Source of the DNA: Thermodesulfobacteriota bacterium
GTDB lineage: Bacteria > Desulfobacterota > Desulfobulbia > Desulfobulbales > Desulfurivibrionaceae
Assembly (NCBI GenBank): GCA_040757055.1
Contig: JBFLXY010000011.1
Location: 19,099 to 83,098 of the forward strand
Reading direction: 5' to 3'
Length of the DNA stretch: 64,000 nucleotides
A model generated the notes under the pieces. The model saw only the letters and a program-made list of their open reading frames with translations. It made no database searches and had not been told where the DNA came from. Positions 28,206 through 35,792 of the stretch are shown piece by piece; the stretch's first letter is position 1; every line of letters starts with the position of its first letter. The position numbers and the translations under genes are program-made.

Positions 28206-29132
28206 ATGACGACGTCCTGGCCCCAAGAGATCGCGGCCTGGCAGGCGCTGCCGCTTTCCGATCTGATGCGCCAAGCCTTGGCGGTCAAGCTCGACCGCCG
28301 CGGCTCCGCGGTCTCGCTCTGCAGCATCATCAACGCCAAGTCCGGCAGATGCAGCGAAGATTGCCGCTTTTGCGTGCAGTCCGCCCATTACCAGACCGAG
28401 GCGCCGGTCTATCCGCTGAAGGAGGTGGGTGAGGTCGTGGCGGCGGCCGCCGAGGCCAGGCGCATCGGCGCCAGCCATTTTTCCCTGGTCACCAGCGGCC
28501 GGGGGATGCCGGCCCGGGAGATGCCGCAGATTGCCGCCATGATCCGCGCCATCCGCCAGGAGGTCGGCATCAAGGTCTGCGCCTCGCTGGGCATTCTCGG
28601 CGCGCCGGAGTTTGCCGAGCTCAAGGCCGCCGGCCTCTCCCGCTACCACCATAATCTCGAATCCTCGCGGGAGTTCTTCCCGCGGGTCTGCACCACCCAC
28701 ACCTTCGAGGAGCGGCTCGCCACCATCGCCGCCGCCAGGGCAGCCGGGCTGGAGGTCTGCGCCGGCGGCATCTTCGGCCTGGGCGAGTCCGAGGATGACC
28801 GCATTTCCATGGCCTTGAGCCTCAAAGAATGCGGGGTGGATTCGGTGCCATTGAACCTTCTCATCCCCTTGCCCGGCACCCCCATGGCCGGCACCGCGCC
28901 CATCAGCGTGGCCGAGGTGCTGCGGGCCATTGCCCTTTACCGTCTGATCCTGCCCGCGGTGCCGATCCGGCTCGCTGCCGGCCGGGAGAGCCTGCTGCGC
29001 GACTTCCTTGCCGCCGCTTTCCTGGCGGGGGCCGACGGCATGATGATCGGCGGCTACCTGACCCAGGGCGGGCGGCGACCCGAGGAGGATCATCGCTTCC
29101 TCCGCGAACTGGCCGGGCTATGGTCGCGATAG
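28206..29132 (+). CDS. bioB: Biotin synthase
   Basis: Radical-SAM CSEDCRFC motif and BioB-like layout. Confidence 0.9.
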   Translation: MTTSWPQEIAAWQALPLSDLMRQALAVKLDRRGSAVSLCSIINAKSGRCSEDCRFCVQSAHYQTEAPVYPLKEVGEVVAAAAEARRIGASHFSLVTSGRGMPAREMPQIAAMIRAIRQEVGIKVCASLGILGAPEFAELKAAGLSRYHHNLESSREFFPRVCTTHTFEERLATIAAARAAGLEVCAGGIFGLGESEDDRISMALSLKECGVDSVPLNLLIPLPGTPMAGTAPISVAEVLRAIALYRLILPAVPIRLAAGRESLLRDFLAAAFLAGADGMMIGGYLTQGGRRPEEDHRFLRELAGLWSR

Positions 29133-30283
29133 GGGAGTGGCTGCGGGCCCGGGAGCAGGAGGGCACCCTGCGCGAGCTCACGGGGCTTGAGCACCTCGGC
29201 CGGGGCCGGGTGCGGCTGGCCGGCGGCGGCCCGGAACTGCTTGATTTTTCCTCCAACGATTATCTGGCTCTGGGTCAGCACCCGGCCCTTATCGCGGCCG
29301 CCACCGAAGCGCTGGCGCGTTACGGCACCGGCGCCGGGGCGGCTCGTCTCATGAGCGGCAATTTCCCGGTGCATCAGGAACTGGAACAGGCGGTGGCCAG
29401 CCTCAAGGGGCAGGAGGCCGCGCTGCTCTTCGGCAGCGGCTACGCAGCCAATCTCGGGATCATCGCGGCGCTCGCGGGCCGGGACGACACCATCTTCACC
29501 GACCGCCTCAACCACGCCAGCATCTACGACGGCTGCCGTCTGGCCGGGGCCAGGATCGCCCGCTTCCGCCACAACGACCTTGATCATCTGGAGCAGATGC
29601 TCCGGAAGCATGGGGCCGGAGACAGGAACAAGAAACTCATCGTGGTGGAATCGGTCTACAGCATGGACGGCGATTGCGCACCCCTTCGGGAGCTGGTACG
29701 GCTCAAGGAGCGTTACGGCTGCCTGCTCATGGTGGATGAGGCGCACGCCACCGGGGTGTTTGGCATGAACGGCGGCGGGATTATCGAGGAGGAGGGGGTG
29801 GCCGGTTGCGTCGATCTCGCCATGGGCACCTTCGGCAAGGCCCTGGGCAGCTACGGCGCCTATGTGGCTGCCTCGCAGGCCATGATCGCTTTTCTCGTCA
29901 ACCGGGCGCGGAGCTTCATCTTCTCCACCGCCCTGCCGCCTTCGGTGGCCGCGGCTTCGCTGGCGGCGGTGCAGCTCATCCAGCGCGAACCCGCGTTGCG
30001 CCGCGAACTGCACGAGCGGGTCGCCTTCTTCAAGGATGCGCTGCGCCGGGGCGGCATGGGCGCTGACCTCGGACCGTCCCAGATCATCCCCATCCAGTTC
30101 GGGGAGAGCGCCCGCGCAGTGGCGGCGGCAGAGCGGCTGCGGGCGCAGGGCCTCTTCGTGCCGGCGGTGCGGCCGCCCACGGTGCCGGAGGGCACGGCCC
30201 GCCTGCGTTTTTCCATCACCCGCCATCTGGACCAGGCCGAGCTTGCGGCCGCGGCCCAGGCCCTGCTCGACGTGCTGTCGTAA
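29120..30283 (+). CDS. bioF: 8-amino-7-oxononanoate synthase
   Basis: FSSNDYLAL...GSGYAAN...SMDGD...VDEAHATG. The start was trimmed to MVAIGEW and overlaps the bioB 3' end. Confidence 0.9.
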   Translation: MVAIGEWLRAREQEGTLRELTGLEHLGRGRVRLAGGGPELLDFSSNDYLALGQHPALIAAATEALARYGTGAGAARLMSGNFPVHQELEQAVASLKGQEAALLFGSGYAANLGIIAALAGRDDTIFTDRLNHASIYDGCRLAGARIARFRHNDLDHLEQMLRKHGAGDRNKKLIVVESVYSMDGDCAPLRELVRLKERYGCLLMVDEAHATGVFGMNGGGIIEEEGVAGCVDLAMGTFGKALGSYGAYVAASQAMIAFLVNRARSFIFSTALPPSVAAASLAAVQLIQREPALRRELHERVAFFKDALRRGGMGADLGPSQIIPIQFGESARAVAAAERLRAQGLFVPAVRPPTVPEGTARLRFSITRHLDQAELAAAAQALLDVLS

Positions 30284-30320
30284 GGGCGGCGCCTTTCCGT
30301 TTGCCTGATCCGGGTATCCC

Positions 30321-31601
30321 TCAGCCGCGCAGGGCGGCCCATTCGGCCAGAAAAATCCGGTGCTCCTCAAAGGATGCCTGCTGCGCCTCTTCGCGCAAAA
30401 AATCGACCTCTTCCAGGTGATCATGGACCAGGCCGTAGAGGTCGGCGTCCAGTTTTCCGCCTTTGCTCATGCTCTCCATGGCCCGCAGGGTGCCGCGCCC
30501 GCTCATTGCCGCCCGATAGGGCCGCATCTCGGTGAGGGCGGTGAAGGTGTCGGCCACCGCCATGAGCCGGGCGCCGGGGGGGAGGCGGTCGCCGGCAAGG
30601 CGGAAAGGATAGCCGGTGCCGTCCAGCCGTTCGTGGTGCAGGGCGGCCCACTGGCTGATTTCCTCAAAGCCCGGCACCTGGCTCAAAATCCGCTGTGAAA
30701 AATAGGGGTGTTTGCGGATGGCGTAAAAATCCTCCCGGGAAAGGGGGCGGGTCTTTTCGAGAATCTCCTGGGGCACCACGAATTTGCCGATGTCGTGGAG
30801 CAAACCGGCAATCTCCATGCGCTGGCAGACGGGCGGGGAAAAACCGGCCTTGCCCGCCAGCCAGTGGGCCACCGCCGCCACGCCGCTGGAGTGGGTGGCG
30901 GTGAAGCGGCTGCGGAAATCGATGAGCTGGCGGAACATGCGGGCCAGGTCGAGGAGGTTTTCCTGGCGGGCATCCGTTACGTCCGTCGGCAATCCGGTCA
31001 TGATCCCTTCACAGGGGCGGGATGAGACGAGATCGAACCAGAAGGCCTCGCTGGCAGCCACCTCCCTGAAGGCGGCCACCGCCTCCGGCAGGAAGGTGGT
31101 GCCGCTGCGCTCTTCGATTTGTGCCAGGATGCGCCCGGGCTGGCCGAGGATTTCCTCTTGCGGCCGGATCAGTATCGCCACGCGGTCAGCCAGGTGCAGC
31201 AGGTGGGCGGCGCGGGGCACCGGTTCCCCTGCGTGCCCGGCGCCGGCACCTTGGTCCCATGGCAGATGGTGGAAGCGGACCAGTCTGGCGAGAGGGGCAA
31301 GGGGCGGGAATTTTTTGAGCAGCAGGTAGCCTGGCAGGGTGTGCTCTTCGGGGGTGGCCATGTCGAACTGGAGCACATCGAGACGGCTTGCCAGCGACAG
31401 CCCGCCGATATCGTGGATGAGGCCGGCCAGGGTGAGATCGGTGAGTTCCTGGCGGCTCAGTCCGGCACTCCTGCCGAGCTGGAAGGCGATGCGGGCGACC
31501 TGCCTGTGATGATTGACCAGGGCCGGACTGATGAGGTCCAGGGCCTCGGAGATTGCGATCAGCAGGGGGGAGATGTCGAGGGGAATGGTCGCGGCGGGCA
31601 T
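30321..31601 (-). CDS. HD-GYP-domain phosphodiesterase with an additional degenerate N-terminal HD-like domain
   Basis: HDIGK...HHERLDGTGYP in the C-terminal domain; LIHDIGG in the N-terminal domain. The start was trimmed to MPAATIPL. Confidence 0.8.
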   Translation of the reverse strand: MPAATIPLDISPLLIAISEALDLISPALVNHHRQVARIAFQLGRSAGLSRQELTDLTLAGLIHDIGGLSLASRLDVLQFDMATPEEHTLPGYLLLKKFPPLAPLARLVRFHHLPWDQGAGAGHAGEPVPRAAHLLHLADRVAILIRPQEEILGQPGRILAQIEERSGTTFLPEAVAAFREVAASEAFWFDLVSSRPCEGIMTGLPTDVTDARQENLLDLARMFRQLIDFRSRFTATHSSGVAAVAHWLAGKAGFSPPVCQRMEIAGLLHDIGKFVVPQEILEKTRPLSREDFYAIRKHPYFSQRILSQVPGFEEISQWAALHHERLDGTGYPFRLAGDRLPPGARLMAVADTFTALTEMRPYRAAMSGRGTLRAMESMSKGGKLDADLYGLVHDHLEEVDFLREEAQQASFEEHRIFLAEWAALRG

Positions 31602-31896
31602 GGTGCTCCTTGATGGCGGGTGGCCTTTCCTGCCAGCATACCGGATTGCCGTTGGATTGCAAACCAGGATGCGGCCAGGCTGCATGGCTCCTCCATGCCT
31701 TCCATGGCGACCGGTCCGGCCGTGTGGCGTTTTGCGGATTTTTTTTGCGCCGTGGGCGCCAAATGATTTTGAGTCGGCCAGCGAAATTTGCTAGGCTGAT
31801 TGCATCGCGCGGCCGTTGCTGCAGAGGCCGGAGGTGCGGGCCTTTTTAAAGGGGAGGCCGCGTGCGGATTCCTGACAATCTAAAGGTGGTGACATT

Positions 31897-32490
31897 ATGA
31901 TGTTTCGTGCCGTTGGTCTTCTCATGGTCGTGCTGTGCTGCGGTTGCGCTGCGAATATTCCTCAGCCCATGGTGATCGAGCGGGATGGCATTGATGCCAT
32001 TGTGCTTACCGATGACCACAAGGTTTCCTACATCAAGCAGCAGGGGCATATCGACCGGATTTGCGCGGCGGTGGAGGCCGATGCGGTGGCCACGGACGAA
32101 TCGGGGTTTTCTTTGGGATTGTCTGCCCTGGGCAAGTCGGAACGGATCGGGGAGCATTCCGGAAGGGGGGAACTCTCTCTGGGGGGCAGGGATCCGCTGG
32201 TGCTCATTGCCCGCGAGTTTCTCTACCGGGCCTGCGAGATGACCAACAACCTCAACAGCAACGAGGAAAAAACCATCCAAGTCTACCAGATGTTCCTCGA
32301 TACCCTGGAGAAAATTGCCGAGACGCATCCTGCCTATGGAACAGCGCCGGCGGCAGCCGACGAACCGGAGCAGAAGCAGCGCAAGAAGGCAAAGAAGAAA
32401 AAGAACAAATGGGATGATGACGACAAAGACGATGACGACGACAACGATAACGACAAAGATGATGATGACGAAGACAAGGATGACAAGTGA
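31897..32490 (+). CDS. Probable lipoprotein of unknown function with a Lys-block/poly-Asp C-terminal tail
   Basis: Signal peptide MMFRAVGLLMVVLCCGC. Tail KQRKKAKKKKNKWDDDDKDDDDDNDNDKDDDDEDKDDK. AAGGTGG RBS. GC is lower than in neighbouring genes. Confidence 0.6.
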   Translation: MMFRAVGLLMVVLCCGCAANIPQPMVIERDGIDAIVLTDDHKVSYIKQQGHIDRICAAVEADAVATDESGFSLGLSALGKSERIGEHSGRGELSLGGRDPLVLIAREFLYRACEMTNNLNSNEEKTIQVYQMFLDTLEKIAETHPAYGTAPAAADEPEQKQRKKAKKKKNKWDDDDKDDDDDNDNDKDDDDEDKDDK

Positions 32491-32566
32491 TCTGCTGGTT
32501 GCCTGACGTGTGGCGCTTTTTGGAGAATACCATCACTCAATTAATATTGTCGGAGGAGGCTGAACA

Positions 32567-33748
32567 ATGAAAGTGCATTGGTCTGCAAGCGGAGTCGTGA
32601 TGCTGATGCTTCTGGCTGCGGGCAACGCCGAGGCGAAATGGCCAAAGGATTGCGGCAACGAAGGGCAGAAGACCTGCACCGGCCCTGCCCATTATGGCTG
32701 CAAGGACGACCTGGAGAAGTGCGATATGCCGGGGGCCAGGGATGTCTGCAGGAAGAAGGGGGAGTGCCCGTCTGAGTCGCGCAACAAGCACGACTGTCCG
32801 GATTGCGGCCATGATGGCCAGGAGCCCTGCCTCTTTAAAAAGTACTGCCACATGTGTGTTGATGGTCATCACGTCTCCCCGCAGACCGGGAAGTGCACGA
32901 AAACCGAAGGGCCGGTGGACACGATTGAATCCATGCTGCGAAAGGTGGACGGAGACCTGACCAAGGCGGAAAAGGACTGCCGCAAATTCGGAGAAAAGAT
33001 TGAAAATGGCTTGAACGACAAGGGGAAGGAAAAACTGCGGGATCTTCTTGATGCCGCCTCGGTGTCCAAGAAACTGGTGGACGACTCCCTGTACTATGGC
33101 GAACTCGCGGCCACCTGTTATGAAGAGCAGTTCAACGGCATTGTCTGCGGCGCGATCCCCTGGGTCAAGGGCTACAACAAGCTGGCGATCCGGCTCCTGA
33201 ACACGGATCATGACGACGATTTCAGGGACGTTACGAAGGAGGTGGGGAAAGACGCGGTCGAAATGGGGAAGAAATATGTCCAGTATTTCATTCACGGGGA
33301 TGCCTGTAAATACATGGTCGATCCGGTTGCCCGCGCCATGTGCGCCAGTGTCTATACCATGGTGGATGTTGCCAGGGATCCGGTGAACTGCGCAGTCAAC
33401 ACCGTCAAGGATTTGGCTGAAAAGAACAAGCAGGGTTCGGGGCAGAAGAAAAAGCCGGAGAAGGCTGATGTCAAAGATTTTGTCGCCAGCAATTGCTATA
33501 CGGTGGGGGTAATCTCGTTTACCCTGGCTGCCGACCAGGCATTGGCCGCGTTGACGGCGGAAACCGGGGAGGCAGTCGAGCTGCCGAAGGATGCCAAGGC
33601 GGTTCTCAAGGCGGTGAAGACGATTGCCAAGGCAAAGATCAAGTTGGAGCAGGGAGCCGAGGCCGCTGACAAGTTTGATGATTCCAAGGCAAAGCAGGTT
33701 ATGGAGCAGCACAAGAGTTGCGACGGCGTTCTGAAGTATCTCGATTGA
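32567..33748 (+). CDS. Secreted cysteine-rich protein of unknown function (393 aa)
   Basis: Signal peptide ending AGNAEA. There are 12 Cys in the first ~90 mature residues and 8 more in a helical-looking C-terminal part. Strong GGAGGAGG RBS. I recognise no family. Confidence 0.65.
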   Translation: MKVHWSASGVVMLMLLAAGNAEAKWPKDCGNEGQKTCTGPAHYGCKDDLEKCDMPGARDVCRKKGECPSESRNKHDCPDCGHDGQEPCLFKKYCHMCVDGHHVSPQTGKCTKTEGPVDTIESMLRKVDGDLTKAEKDCRKFGEKIENGLNDKGKEKLRDLLDAASVSKKLVDDSLYYGELAATCYEEQFNGIVCGAIPWVKGYNKLAIRLLNTDHDDDFRDVTKEVGKDAVEMGKKYVQYFIHGDACKYMVDPVARAMCASVYTMVDVARDPVNCAVNTVKDLAEKNKQGSGQKKKPEKADVKDFVASNCYTVGVISFTLAADQALAALTAETGEAVELPKDAKAVLKAVKTIAKAKIKLEQGAEAADKFDDSKAKQVMEQHKSCDGVLKYLD

Positions 33749-33807
33749 GTGTTTCCTGGCCAGGGGGAGGATGGCTTCCCCCTGGCTGGGGAAGGGGCGG
33801 AAGAAGG

Positions 33808-34239
33808 ATGACGGTCTTGCTGCGCCGTTGGCTGATGGTTTCTTGCGCTGTCCCGCTTCTGTGCGGATGCGTGGCGCCCGGACAGCCGCGGCCCGTTGGC
33901 GGCGACCGGGATTCCCACGGCTGCATCGGTTCGGCCGGGTATGTCTGGTGCGAGGCGAAGCAGAAATGCATCCGGGTCTGGGAGGAGCCGTGTGAGCCGG
34001 GAGACAAGATCACGGCCTGCTACGGCTGCGAAGGCCTTGGCCCCATTACCGTCCAGTATTTCCCTGGCGATGGCGCGTCCATCCTCGTGAATGGCAAGGC
34101 GTACCGGCTTGAACGGGCGATTTCCGCCTCCGGCGCTCGCTACGAAGGGGAAAATATCATGATCTGGGACAAGGGCGGCACGGCGCGTCTTGTTCTGGAT
34201 GGCGGGGAGTATTCCTGCCGGGTGAGCGCCTGTCCATAG
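33808..34239 (+). CDS. MliC-family (membrane-bound lysozyme inhibitor of C-type lysozyme) lipoprotein with an extra Cys-containing N-terminal module
   Basis: Lipobox LLCGC. [24 protein letters not shown] matches E. coli MliC's [24 protein letters not shown] almost exactly. The start was trimmed to MTVLLRR. Confidence 0.75.
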   Translation: [143 protein letters not shown]

Positions 34240-34260
34240 GCGTGTCCCAGCTGTTTTGCT

Positions 34261-35091
34261 TCAGGATTCCTTCTGGCAACGGGGGCAGAAAAAGGTGGCC
34301 CGCCCGCCGAGGACACGGCGTCGGATGGTCTGCCGGCAGCGGGGGCACGGCTTTCCGTCCCGGCCATAGACGGCCAGTTCCAGCTGGAAATAGCCGGGCT
34401 TGCCGCTGGCGTTCTCGTAGTCCGAGATGGTGGAGCCGCCCATGGCGATGGCCTTTGTGAGAATGGCGCGACTTGCCGTGACAATGCGTTGCCATTCCCT
34501 CTTCGGCACCCCCCTGGCCGGGGTTTGCGGATGGATGCCCGCGGCAAAGAGCGTTTCGTTGGCATAGATGTTTCCCAGCCCCACCACCACGGAGTTGTCC
34601 ATCAGGAAGCTCTTCACGGCTACGCTTCTTCGTCCGGCCTTTCCCTGCAGATAGTCTGCGGTAAATGCCGCGGAAAAGGGCTCCGGCCCGAGTTCGGCAA
34701 AGGGATCGACGGTGCGCAGCTCCTCCGGCGAAAAGAGTTCCACAAAGCCGAAGCGCCGTACATCGTGGAAGCGCATTTCCTTGCCGTTGTCGAGGAGGAA
34801 GTGGAGGTGGTCGTGCTTTCTGCGCGGGGTTGCCGCGGGAAAGAGTGCGATCTTGCCCGTCATTCCGAGGTGAAAGACCATGAGGGCCCTGCTGCTCAAA
34901 TGGACGAGGATGTACTTGGCCCGGCGCGTCACCCTGAGGATGGCGGCGCCTTTGGCAAATTCGTCCATCTTTGCGCGCGGGAAGGGCTTGCGCAGTTTCT
35001 TGTGGCTGGTGGCAATGGCAAGGACCGTCCGCCCCGTCACCAGGGGGGCAAGCCCCTGGCAGACCACCTCGACCTCGGGCAATTCCGGCAT
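34261..35091 (-). CDS. mutM: Formamidopyrimidine-DNA glycosylase
   Basis: MPELPEVE N-terminus and C-terminal zinc finger CPRCRQ...FFCPRCQ. Confidence 0.9.
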   Translation of the reverse strand: MPELPEVEVVCQGLAPLVTGRTVLAIATSHKKLRKPFPRAKMDEFAKGAAILRVTRRAKYILVHLSSRALMVFHLGMTGKIALFPAATPRRKHDHLHFLLDNGKEMRFHDVRRFGFVELFSPEELRTVDPFAELGPEPFSAAFTADYLQGKAGRRSVAVKSFLMDNSVVVGLGNIYANETLFAAGIHPQTPARGVPKREWQRIVTASRAILTKAIAMGGSTISDYENASGKPGYFQLELAVYGRDGKPCPRCRQTIRRRVLGGRATFFCPRCQKES

Positions 35092-35096
35092 GCCGG

Positions 35097-35792
35097 CTAC
35101 CTGGAGGCCAAGGCGTTCGGGCTGATCTTCCGCACCACCTTGGGGATGAAGAAGGAGGCGACAAAGAGGGCCAGCGACAGCAGGGTTTTCCAGCCCAGGA
35201 GTTGCGTCCAGTCCCCCGATTTCCACACCTCGGCCAGGGTGGCGAAGAAGAAGGTGAGGACAAAGCCGCCGGCGATGATGCCGAAGAAGGTGCCGAAGAA
35301 GTAGTCGCGGAAGGTGACCCGGGTGAGCCCCATGCCGAAGTTGAGCGGGGTGAAGGGGAAGAAGATCAGCCGCAGGTAAAGGGTGGTGGCAAAGCCGTTT
35401 GCCGCGATCTTGTCGTCGTAGGCCTTGAGCCGGTCGCCGATGAGGGAGGCGGCGAAATCACGGCCCAGGTAACGGCCGATGAAAAAGGCGGCCGAGGCGC
35501 CAATGAGCGCGCCGATTTCGTTGTAGAGAAAGCCGTAGAGGGTGCCGAAGAGAACGGCGCCGATGCCGGTGAAGAGGGTGGCGGGCAGAAAGAGGCAGAT
35601 GCCCACGGCATAGACGAGGACGAAGACCAGCGGGCCCCAGGGGCCGCTTTCCCGGACAAAGGCCTCGATCCGTTCCGGTGCGATCCATTCCCGGAGGTCG
35701 GTGGCGCGGAAGAGCCAGACCGCCGTCGCCAGGAAGAGGAGGAAGAGCACAGCCTTGATCGCGCCTTTGCGGGAATTCGCTGCCTGCTTCAT
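35097..35792 (-). CDS. TVP38/TMEM64 (DedA-superfamily) membrane protein
   Basis: GPWGPLVFVLVYAVGICLFLPATLFTGIGAVLFG...FFIGRYLGRDF. Its ATG overlaps the stop of the upstream 1070-aa gene (ATGA). Confidence 0.8.
   Translation of the reverse strand: MKQAANSRKGAIKAVLFLLFLATAVWLFRATDLREWIAPERIEAFVRESGPWGPLVFVLVYAVGICLFLPATLFTGIGAVLFGTLYGFLYNEIGALIGASAAFFIGRYLGRDFAASLIGDRLKAYDDKIAANGFATTLYLRLIFFPFTPLNFGMGLTRVTFRDYFFGTFFGIIAGGFVLTFFFATLAEVWKSGDWTQLLGWKTLLSLALFVASFFIPKVVRKISPNALASR

Noticed and set aside
26841-29093. 750-aa ORF on the minus strand
   Set aside because: It lies antisense to pcnB and bioB. It is a shadow ORF.
32400-32490. GAT/GAC/AAA-rich repetitive DNA; considered as a microsatellite or CRISPR-like repeat
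   Set aside because: It is in frame within the lipoprotein gene and encodes the poly-Asp tail. It has no repeat-spacer periodicity.
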